This document shows, one piece after another, positions 12,780 to 23,490 of a stretch of DNA of 64,000 nucleotides. Source of the DNA: Camelus dromedarius (lineage: Eukaryota); assembly GCF_036321535.1 (NCBI RefSeq), contig NC_087436.1, positions 106,580,001 through 106,644,000 of the forward strand. Direction: 5' to 3'. Below the pieces are notes generated by a model. That model saw only the letters and a program-made list of their open reading frames with translations. It made no database searches and was not told where the DNA came from. The position numbers and the translations under genes are program-made. Within the stretch, counting starts at the first letter, position 1, and each line of letters opens with the position of its first letter.

Positions 12780-13132
12780 GGGAAGACTTTCGAGCCCCTT
12801 GCAGTTGGATGGGGTCATGTCATAGTTTGGGCCAATTGGTTAGTAGTAAAAGTGATGTGGTCTTTTCCACGGAGGGAACTAGAGAGGAGCTGTATGTTCT
12901 TTATGGCCATTCTTCCTCTGCCACCGAGGCCATGAAGCCTCATGCTTCAGATAATGCCAATAAAAGACGACAGAGTTCTTCATCCACCTCAGCAATTGTG
13001 TGAAATACAGGTTGCCTGACTAACCCACTTTGGACACATAATATGAGCAAGAAATATATATTTGTTGTGTCAAGCCATGAGTATTAATTTTTTGATTTAC
13101 CAGCATATTACCTACCTTATCCTGACTAATAA
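12780..13132 (+). mobile_element. Old MLT1 (MaLR) LTR, 3' part
   Basis: atgagcaagaaata...tttgttgtgtcaagccatgag...ccttatcctgactaata is a typical MLT1 3' end; 5' boundary uncertain. Confidence 0.6.
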
Positions 13133-13614
13133 CATTAGGCAGACAAGAACTCACCCAAAAGATGACTTCGAGTCACTATCTGAATGATGTGAGGGAGCAA
13201 ACAGATTTTTCCTCTTCACATGTCAGCTTAAAAATGATTCTTCTTCCATATTTGCTTAATGCTGCAAGATCTTAAATCTCCACAGATAGAGGGGCTCACT
13301 TTGCTTTACACATCTTTGAAAATTGAATAAACAAATGTATAAATGAATGAATTAATCACACAAAAAATTGTTAGGATACAAAAAATGGCAAGCATTACTG
13401 TTGTGTTTAACATTTTATCTCCTTTTTATGCCTCTTATTTTTTTAACTTTATTCTTCAAATAAAAATGATAATAGATGTTTAGGTAGGCTCTTTTAATTG
13501 ACAGTGTTATTAATTACAAGATACATTTTTACATAGGGAAATAGGAGTTATATTGGAACTAAGGGGCTGCTAAATACGTCAGTTTTATAGCAGCTGAGAC
13601 ATAGTTGATAATAG

Positions 13615-13870
13615 CTAATAATGCCTAATATTTACTTATCAGAAAATAACTATATGCTAGTAGTGTACTAAGCCTTCACATGCCTTCACTTATTTATTTT
13701 GCATTATAGCTCTAATAGTGGGTCCCACTGTATCCCCATATTACAGATGAAGAAGCAAGACAATAAAGAGGTTGAGTAACTTGCTTAAATCCCCACAGCT
13801 GGCAAGTGACAGAGACAAGACTTGAGCCTAGCTCTTCTGGCTCCAGAGCTGTATCATTAACAATTCCACC
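13615..13870 (-). mobile_element. MIR SINE, near full length
   Basis: ccccatattacagatgaagaagc...gaggttgagtaacttgct...gctggcaagtgacagag...ctggctccagagc. Confidence 0.85.
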
Positions 13871-14979
13871 ATCCAGTCTCCTCTGGGACCTTCCTGTCTC
13901 TAGATGATCTACTGGAAGTCGCCCGGTCCCGAGTAGACAGGTTCATTGATCTGACTTATGCTTTGCCATTCATGTAACCTAGCTCCTCTTCATGTGTCTG
14001 CTTCTCTCTAGGTCTGTCGTCTCCCTCACAGTAAACTCACTGATTCTGCCTGTCTATATACCTATCTGAACTTCACCAGTTTGCTTACTCTCTCCTTTGT
14101 CATAACCTCAGTGACGATTCATGCCTTTGTCCTAACATCATGGCTTCTCTCTGTAAATCCTTTCAGTTTCAAGCCTTGCTACTAACACTCTGATTTTTTT
14201 ATAATTCAAACAAGAGTCCATCAGACTCTTAGATGTGGTTCATATTTAGGCATCTGTCAGGTTATAATTTCTTGGCCACCTCATAGGTCACCTGTGTTGG
14301 GCTTGGCTACAAATGGTATAATCATCTGTGGTCCAGGTAGAACCAATCATCCTTACGGCAAAACCAACCTTGCCTAGGGGTTCTCAGAGTTAAGTGCTAG
14401 ACTGTAGCTGTTTACTTAGAGAAGGTTATGGGCACAGCAGGAGTCCCAAGTAAAAGCTGTACCATTACTGTCTGTGGTGAACTGGGCATCACACATGACA
14501 CTTAGACACATTGGGTAACGTGGTTTTGATGCTTCAAGGTGGACATTATCACCATTTCCATTCTTCAGGCAGATGCTCAGTCTCTGAACTTGTGCAACAG
14601 TCCATGGCTAGGAAATAGCAGAGCAAGTATTCAGACTCCCTCAGTATTTTTACTAAACCACAAGTTTCCTTGGCACGTGTTTATTTTGTTTAAAACTCTC
14701 TACTCCATTTCTACCTGAAATAAATAGAAAACTTGAAAGTCACCACTACTGTCAATATTAGAGACATGTCAAAGGCTGTCACTTAGCCAGAAAGCTGCTT
14801 TGGAGTAACTGTGTAATATTATACAACATGACAAGTTCTCATCCACAGTGGCAACATTAAAGCCAGGAGCATGTGGCTCGTGCAAAACCCCAAAGCCATT
14901 AGCTGAAATCCCAGGACCAGAAGGCTGAAGAATTCCCCACCCAACCCAGCACAGTCTCAGCCCTGGAGAGCAGAGGCCA

Positions 14980-15062
14980 CTCCGCACGCGTAGGTTATTT
15001 TCGTTCACGGAGAAATGTGTGCCGACAGTCGCTTTCCGTTCTCGAGCTGGCTGGGCACGTTA
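14980..15062. promoter_or_regulatory. CpG-retaining patch, candidate regulatory element
   Basis: 10 CpGs in about 77 bp in a CpG-poor background and outside recognised repeats. Confidence 0.4.
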
Positions 15063-15616
15063 TCTTCTCAGTGTGGATTGGATGAGGGAAGTGAGAAGCA
15101 AACAGCAAATTCTTGGCAGCCAAAGACAGGCAGGCAACAGAGAGGAAGGGAGAAAAGCTGTCAGGGCACTGTGGAGGAGTCAACTGACTCTTGTGATGTT
15201 TTTGTCATTTTTCTTCAGTCGTCAGCTGGCTGATTGTACGCTTGATATTTTCTTAATAAACTAAGGGTGAGAGGGAATTGTAAAAACCAAGAGACTAGGA
15301 GAGGTCATCTACCTTTATCCAGACTGTCACTGCCACAGACAGGTTTTCAGCAGTTAAGATACTTCCAGGAACAGGAAAGTCCAAGTTATAGGAAAACCCA
15401 TTTAAAGATTATAGATGATTTTAAAAATTCATAATTCTCTATAACTCTATGACCTCAAGTTAGAGTAGACTTAAAGTGAAGTTTGGTACATTTGCTTCTC
15501 CATGTTTGTTTTCTGTAGTGTTGGCTTAATCTAAAAGTTAATTTTCTTTCTGTTCACAATTTGGTGACCAATGGTGTCCAGGCTGCATTTCCTAGTTCTG
15601 GAAGACAGAGTACCAC

Positions 15617-16075
15617 AGATCATCCTTGACTTACGGTGGGGTTATGTCCCCATATCATAAATTGAAAATGCATTTAATACAACTAACTTAGCAAGCATGG
15701 TATCTTAGCCTACCTACCTTAAATGTGCTTACATTATCTTCCAGTTGAGCAAAATTGTGTAGCACAAAGCCCATTTCATAATAAAGTGTGCGATATCTCA
15801 TGTAATTTATTGAATGCTGTACTAGATGTGGAAAATAGAATGGTTGTCTGGGTACAGAATGGTTGTAAGTATATTGGTTGGTGGTTCCCGTGGTCACATG
15901 GCTAACTGGGAGCTGCAACTGCCCAGCATCATGAGAGAGGATTGTACCACACATCACAAGGTGGGGAAAAGATCAAAACCCAAAACTCAAAGTTCTCCAG
16001 GTTCCTATTGAATGTATATCACTTCCACACCATCTCAAGTCAAAAAATTATAAGCCAAACCATTGTAAGTCAGAA
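15617..16075 (+). mobile_element. MER47/Tigger5-family Tc1/mariner DNA transposon
   Basis: cagatcatccttgacttacggtggggttatgtccc ... aaaaaattataagccaaaccattgtaagtcag, with complementary gacttac/gtaagtc near the ends. Confidence 0.8.
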
Positions 16076-16099
16076 CAATATATTCTCAACCATTTCTCC

Positions 16100-16360
16100 C
16101 CAAAAAGCAGAGGTGATTCTCTTCCAAAAGCCCAGTGCAGATAGTTGCTGGCCCCATTTACTTCACTTGACTCACATGCCTCATCCCAGTCCAATGGCTG
16201 TGGCCAAGTGAGCGGGTCTTGCTGATTAGCTGAAGTTAATTAAAAGTCACCCTTGGAGCTGAGGATGAAGTCATCTCACGCAAACCGCAGGCTCAGATTT
16301 GGGGAAGGGTAGTTTTCCAGAAATCCTACATATGAGGAGGGGAAGAAATATGTTCAGAGT
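16100..16360 (-). mobile_element. Old MLT1 (K/L-like) LTR fragment
   Basis: tcacatgcctcatccc...ccaatggctgtggcca...gctgattagc...cacccttggagctg. Confidence 0.5.
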
Positions 16361-16399
16361 AGCAACCACTGATCCCATACGGCATTTTTCGGTTCTCAG

Positions 16400-16880
16400 C
16401 TGGGCTATTGCAAGTCTCCGCACTGGGCTTCTTGCTTCTAGTCTTGTCCCCGTTGGTCCGTCTGTGAAACTGCTCCTGATGGCAACCAAGAGGAATTTAG
16501 GCAGCTCACCTGGCATACAACATTCTTTATAAACTCTTTCCTGTCTACCTTCTTGTTTCTTTTCTATCCCCTCTCAACAATGAACTGAGTGAAGCACCCT
16601 AAACAGTTTTCCACCCTTCTCCATCTGACTGACTCTTCCTCATTCTCCAGTGCCATTTCCCTCTGGAGGCCTTGCATGACCTGACTATCTTAAGCCTACT
16701 TTGTTTCACCCACTCTATGCTTTCATGGCCGTCTGGGTTTAACATTCTACTGTATTGATTTGCATATTTTTTTTTTTCCCCTCTCAAGAATGTGAGCTCT
16801 CTAAAGGAAAGGTCTCCAGCTCTGTATCCTTAGATCCTAGGACTCTATACTGTATAATGTAGGCATTCAGTCATTTAATG
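16400..16880 (+). mobile_element. L2 LINE fragments
   Basis: ctcagctgggctattgcaagtctcc...; gaatgtgagctctctaaagg...gtaggcattcagt 3' end. Confidence 0.6.
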
Positions 16881-19639
16881 CATGTGTACTGAGTGATTAC
16901 AATTTGCTAGAGAGCTCTTCTAGGTGGCGTGGGCACAGTGTGAGCAGAAAACAAATTCAAGCCCTGGTCTATGCTGTCTTACAGCCTATATATTAAAAGA
17001 ATCCATAACAAATAAATAAGAAAATGTGAGAAGGAGTGTGAGGCATCTTCCAGCATCCAAGGAGGTATATTGAAAAGAACATAAAACTGAATCCTCTCTA
17101 ATGGGACCTTGTTCTCTGTCTCTCTCTGAACTGCATTTTCATCACCTATAACATAAGGAGCCCTCCGATGCTTAACCTTAAGGAGAAATTAATTGTAGTT
17201 TTTGCTACATTCTACCCAATTTTTCTTCTTCTTGAAAAACAGAGAAGGGAGGGAGTGGCTTCCATCCTGGGCCGCTCCTGGGAATACCAAGCAGGAGCAG
17301 CCGCAACCAGGCCAAGTCCTTGTGAATGTCCCGCTGCCATTTCTTTACAGCAAGTACGTGTTCAACAGTGGACAGCCCTTCCCTAGGGCACTGGTGGAGT
17401 CAGAAAGCATATTTAATACCAACTACTGATGCCAAGGCTGAAAAAAAAGAAGAATATTACATTAAGTGGAAATTTAGTGAATTTAGTACCAATCTAAATT
17501 TCACCTCACTCTTCTGCCAATGCTTTATTTCAACTCACTGCCAAATAAACTTGCACCTAATTTTTAGCTAATATTTAATGTTGGAAAGCTCTATGCACAA
17601 TTTGTGCTAGTATCACTGAAACATTAAGGTAATTAATTAAAAACTAGCTTATAATTAAGAAAACAAATGAACAAAGGACACTTTTGTGATGCAGTAGCCT
17701 GAAATTATTGTCATCCACCCCCGCCCCCCCCTTTTTGCTCACTTGCTAATACTCAGAATTCAATAATCTGCCTTGGGTATTCCAGTCATTAGTATGAATT
17801 AGCAACACTCCACTGTAATTCACTGTAATTCACCAGAGACAGAGTTTTGATAAATGGAGAAGGGGTTTTAATGGAGATCAGTGTGGTGAAGCCAAATGAC
17901 AGGAAAGACTGGGTCCCTCTGGTAACCAGGCTTTCCTTTGGTTTCCCTAGCCTGCACTCCCTGCCATCTTATAAAATAAGAAGATAAAATAAATGAAATC
18001 CTTCAAGAAAAAACTAAATCTGAGCCTAGGTTTTAATAAACTTAACATTAATAAAGAGTTTGCATGATTAGAGTAAGGACTTCTAATCAATCCAGACAGA
18101 TAAGATCACAGTCATAATTGCATTGGCTGTTATTATTTCCTTTTCATTTACTTGTACCAAATGGAAAATAAAGTCTTGAGATGTCTACAAATGGAAATGA
18201 AAATAATGGTTTTCAGTGATAATTTGATAGGAAGTAATTGGCCACCTGAAGAGAAAAACCCTTATCGTGGAAATAATTACAAATAATTGGTTACTACAAG
18301 ATTGGACTACATTTGATACACTCAGTACAATAAATACTCTTAACTAAAGACGCTAACATGGAAGTTTGAGAGGTGTAAGCAACCACAAAAATTGGAGACA
18401 ATAAAACAGTCTGTAGAATGTGTAGCCAGTATGATTTGATTGGCCAACAAATTTATTTTTGAAATATATTTTAACCAGCTGTCAATACTTAGGGACATTT
18501 CACAACACAAATTGGGATTAAAAATTTTTCTTTTGAAAAAGAAGAAAGGAAATATCAGACAACACCACGTTCTTATTGGCACGATGACAGCAATCCTGAG
18601 GAACTGGAACAGAACCCACAGGCTCAAAGGACCCACTGCACACGGACAACAACCCACCCCTTGAAGGTGTTTGCATTTGTGACTCCAGCTCCAGTAACTT
18701 CCTGTGTTTGTATAAAACTTCAGCATTTGATAGTAAATTAATGCATCTTAACTTACTTTACATAATAAATATAATTTATGCAAAAATGAACTGAGGCTTT
18801 GTTTAAGTGTCTCCCCTCAAGGAGGCAAGTCAGAATCTGAAGAAGCCAGGATAAGAATCCAGGTCTTTAGACCCTTGATCTCCTAACCTTTCAGCTGAGC
18901 TCTGCGAAATCTTGTCTGTGATCAGTTGTGAAACTCTTCAGTGGAGTAATGTGTGCACTCAGGTGAAGGAAACATCCTTTTTTTGGAGCTTAAAGTTCCC
19001 ACATGTGGCCTCTTAGATGAAATGATTCGTTTTATGTGAGAAATACTAAGTGGCCAAGAAACAAGATAGGGTTCCAAACTCTGACTCATAAAGAAATTTC
19101 TAGAAAGTTTCTTGGGGTCATTTGTTTAGTTAGGAAAATAATCAATATCAAACTCTCACCTCTAAACAGCACCGATCAGGTTTTTCTGCTGGTAGGGTAT
19201 ACATCTTCTTCTCATTAGTTACTTTCTTTCTCCAACTTAACAACATTTCACTTTGAGCTGTTTTCCAGGGAGATCAGAACCTTGGACAAGTTGAGTAGAC
19301 CATAAGTGGATCCTCCTGTAAAAAAGAGATGTAAAACATGATCTACATAGTATTTCGGAATCCTCAGAAACTTCTGAGCGTATTCTTAGCAGCTATTATT
19401 GAATAGAAGGAAAATTTGTGTTGAGCGATTTTCTTGTAGGTGAGCCTCTTGGAATTTTTTCGGCGTCTAGTGTTATCACTTTGGCAGGGATTACTTGGCA
19501 TTAGCTGGGCTGTTACTCAATAGACTCTTTTTCCTGATTTAACTTCATTTCAGAAATAACATCTCAACAATTTCTCTATCCTTTTATTCATTTTAAGGCC
19601 ATGCTGGATGAGGACCTCCATAACAAAATTATTAATAAA

Positions 19640-20330
19640 TAATTTTAAGAGACTACAGGTAAATGACCAATTCAAAAAAAAAATTCAACCTTACTAGACA
19701 AAAGTATAAATTTAAAATATGTACTTTAAATAACAGTGATATATCATTAACTGTCTTTTAAATAGTCAAAGAATTGTAAAATTATCATACCCATTATGCC
19801 TAAAAGTTCTGGGAAACTGGTATAAGGACACAGTACCATGTATGTTATACATTGAAAATGGGGAAATAGTTTAAATTAGGATGTAATTAAGTGATTTGGA
19901 ATTCATCATTTGGAAATAATTAAGGGTAAACACAAATATTTATTTATAAAGGTGACAATAATCACATTTTATTATATAATTAAAATACTAATAACACTAA
20001 TAATAAATTTGAAGCTAATTAAATCCCTAAGTGTAGTGTATCAGATCAATTCTCTAACATCCATACACATAAATTGCCATGCAGCCAATGATTCTGTAGG
20101 AGAATATTTAATGGTATAAAAATATATCTCCAGTGTAAGTAAAAAAAAAAAAGTTTCTGAAAAGTATCTACACATAAACACCTCAATGTTACAAATGTAT
20201 GGAACAATACATGGTAAAATGTCAATCATGTCCAGAGGGTGGCAGAAATATGACTTTTTTGTGCTTATTGATATTTTCAAAATTTATTTCAAAGAGCATA
20301 TATAACTTCTGCAATTGATGAAAATAGCAC
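19640..20330 (+). mobile_element. Highly diverged L1M (L1ME-like) fragments
   Basis: A-rich, with L1 3'-region-like motifs (ttcaaccttactag..., ataacttctgcaatt). Confidence 0.45.
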
Positions 20331-20449
20331 TGAACATTTAAACACTAGCTGAATATTATTATTTCTTGACAAATTCAGTAAGTTTCATATAAATGACACA
20401 ATCCTACATTCTGTTGATTCACAAGTACCAGGGATGATTCAAAACGAAG

Positions 20450-21035
20450 CTTCTATTGCGTCTCGGACCACTGCAGTGGGTTCCTAGTTGGCCATGTCAT
20501 TCCACAGCTGGAAACGCTTCCATGGCTTTCCAGTGCATTCAGAATAAAACCCAAATTGTGCACATGGACTGGTCCCTTGTCTGACTCTTTCGTCTTATCT
20601 CATACCACTCTCCCTCCAATCACAACCACAGTTTCTCCAACAAACTAAAAATCTTTCTGTCTTTGGGACATGGCACCTGCTGCTCCTTCTGCCTGGAATG
20701 TTCTCCCGTTTCTCTCCCTTCTCTAAGCTTTTTGCATGACTGGCTCTTTCTCACTTTCCATGTCTCAGCTCAACTGTCACTTTCCGAATAAGGAGAAGCC
20801 ATCTCCTGACACAAACCTTCTGTGGCATCAACCTGTTTTCTAGTCTTTCGCTATCTTCTCACTACTTCAATGTTTCTTGCTTAGTTATTGTTTCACTGTT
20901 ATTAAATGCTGCCTACTTCTATAATATGAGTTTCTTTTCCTCAAAATGCAAGCAAAGACATGCCTGGTTTGTTCTCTATTGTGTCCCCAAGCAAGAGAAA
21001 GGGACTTTGTATATTGAAGGTACTTAATAAAGGCA
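20450..21035 (+). mobile_element. L2 LINE 3' fragment
   Basis: catggctttccagtgcattcagaataaaaccc; cacctgctgctccttctgcctggaatgttctccc; gtctcagctcaactgtcac. Confidence 0.85.
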
Positions 21036-21476
21036 AGGAATGTGTGCTTCCCAGAGGTTTTCAGTGAAGCTACCCACACATAGCCTCAGAAAGAACGGAA
21101 ACTGAAGGATGGTCCAGATGCCAGTAAGGACCTCAAGAACTGGGGTTGGGGCATCTTCCCTCTGCTTGGGAGGCAGTATTACCTGTCACGGTCCTCTTCT
21201 CAGTTCGTTTCCACTCTGTCATCCAGTCTTTATGCAGCGTAGGGCTCCCGGCTCTCTGCTTGTTCTATATATTTTCCCTTTTTCAGAGCTTCTGCTGACT
21301 CACTTCTCATAATTTTGATTGGCATCTAATACCTCACAGTTAGAGATTGCTGTAAAGCAAAATGGCCACAATAGCATTTTGATACTTATTCCCTGTAATT
21401 TCAAAATACCTGTATTAACACCAGTATTATTTCCATTTTTTTTAAAGTGAAATATGATTGCTGTCAACTTCTACAC

Positions 21477-22004
21477 CAGTCCAACCCAACATAAATATAA
21501 TGCAAGCCACATATAGAATTATACATTTTCTAGGAGCTGCATTAAAAAAGTAAAAAGATTAGAAGTCTACGATTAGCAGATACAAGCTATTATATACAAA
21601 ATAGATAAACAACAGGGTCCTACCGTATAGCACAGAGATCTATATTCAATAGCTTGCAATAACCTATAATGAAAAAGAATATATATGTGTATAACAGAAT
21701 CACCTTGCTGTACACCAGCAATTAACACAACATTGTAAATCAACTCTACTTCAATAAAAAATAAAAAGAAATTAATGAAATTAGTATCAATATTGTATTT
21801 TATTTAAACAAATATTCCAAAATATTTTTTCAACAGATAATCAATACAAAGATAGTGAGGTATTTTGCATTCTTTCATTTGTAATAAGTTTTTGAAATCC
21901 AGCATGTCCTACCTACACTTATGGTAGATCTCAATTTAGACTAGCCACATTTCAAGTGTTCAGTAGCCATGTGCAGTTGGAAGCTATTGTATTGAGGAAT
22001 ATGG
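21477..22004. mobile_element. MER33 hAT-Charlie transposon interrupted by a younger L1
   Basis: aatataatgcaagccacat...cattaaaaaagtaaaaaga // ...ctcaatttagactagccacatttcaagtgttcagtagccatgtg. Confidence 0.8.
21559..21761 (+). mobile_element. 5'-truncated cetartiodactyl-type L1 3' end
   Basis: aacaacagggtcctaccgtatagcacag...aacctataatgaaaaagaat...aacacaacattgtaaatcaactctacttcaataaaaa; flanked by TAAAAAGA repeats at 21551-21558 and 21762-21769. Confidence 0.85.
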
Positions 22005-23029
22005 CTCTATATTGTATGTCAGATTCCATTCCACTTGAGAGAAGACTGAGTTATTCAGACCTTTTGGCTAGAGCATGCCAAGGGCAGATGATTTGGAAAT
22101 ACAGCCCCTGTTAAGAGAAATAGTAGTATTCATGGTGCTGGAGGGATGGCAGTGATGAGATCTTAAGAAATGAATTTGGTCTTATGAGGATAAAGGAACA
22201 GGAAAAAGAGGGATCTACGTGCAAGAGGAGACAATCAGGCTCTGGGTAGGCAGCTGGAACCCGGGCCTGGGGGACCCTCCCCACCTTTTCACTGTCCTCT
22301 TCTCTCCCAATCCCCTTAACTCACCTTCCAACTATTCTCCTTAAGGTACCTGCTACCACTTTCAGCCAATCCTATCAGGAGCTCTGAAAGTAACCATGAA
22401 CCCAAATTGGTCCTCCTGTGATATAATCACCTTGGAAAGAAGAATTGAAAACATCAACAAAGTACCAGTAAAGAATTTTAAACAAGGGGGAAATACTGTT
22501 GGAACACTTTCAGAGGTCCACTTGGTTCCATTAATCTCTTTGTGCACCTCCTAAAGTTTTATATGATTCAGATTCCAGATTTTTAAAAAAAATCATGACA
22601 TAATGATAGCTTTGAAGAAAAAGACCACCAGTGCTTTGGTACTTAAAAGTATCACGGTGCAGCCAATGTGGGCTACTAAAACTGATATTACCATTACAAA
22701 CTTCAGCTACCCTGGCCTCTTTCTTGTTTCAACTCCTATTTTCATTACTTAAGGATAAATTCTCTCTGCATTTTTTTCATTCAAATTCCTTAACGAGAAA
22801 ATCTTATTTGTCCCATTTTTTTGCATTTGGCCAGGTCATCCCTTGCTGGCCTATTTCTGGATGGACAATTTTTAAGCCAGGTCATTCAGTAGCTCAACCA
22901 GTTGTGACCAAGACAGGCAGTGTGGAGCTGTAGACAGGTAGGTGTAGTAAACTATATTTTCCAGCATACTTGCGCACTGGGCAAGCTGGGTGGCCAGCTA
23001 GCTAGCTGCTTGGCTTTCTTCAAGGAAGT

Positions 23030-23265
23030 ACAGAGTAATAGGTGATAGTGTGGGCTAGGGAATCAGTTCTTCTTGGGTTCAGTTATTGATTCTATCAAGA
23101 ACCAGCTGAATGTGTATTCAGGTAACTTAACCTCTCTGTAAATCTCCCATCTATCATGGAGTTGCTAATAGTATTTACCTCTTGGTTGTTGTGAAGTTTC
23201 ACTGAGATAATGAAATGGGAGTTACTTGAGTAGAGTCTGGCACATAGTAATGCCTTATAGAACTA
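23030..23265 (+). mobile_element. MIR SINE
   Basis: aacttaacctctctgt...tagtatttacctc...gttgttgtgaag...ctggcacatagtaa. Confidence 0.8.
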
Positions 23266-23284
23266 TTTTTCTTCTCTCGTTTAC

Positions 23285-23490
23285 GCAGTGCTCATCATAC
23301 TTTTGGCATACTCTGTTTTGTCTCCATCTTCACAACAGCTATGGACAATGGTATTATTATTCTCATTCCAGCTAGAGCAGCCAAGGCTAACGAGGGTTAA
23401 ACAACCAGCTTAAAACTGCACAATTAGTCAGTGGCAAGGGTGGGACCTAAAATGAAGGCTGAGTGATTTCAAAAGCCAATTCTTCTGTTT
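23285..23490 (-). mobile_element. MIR SINE
   Basis: cttcacaacagctatg...tattattattctcatt...gagggttaaacaac...gtcagtggcaag. Confidence 0.7.

Noticed and set aside
17243..17353. Possible + strand exon (aaaacag| ... caa|gtacgt)
   Set aside because: A purine run sits directly before the AG and the donor is moderate; not distinguishable from chance
18340..18726. 128-aa minus-strand ORF
   Set aside because: No recognisable domain or exon structure; composition reflects AT-rich non-coding DNA
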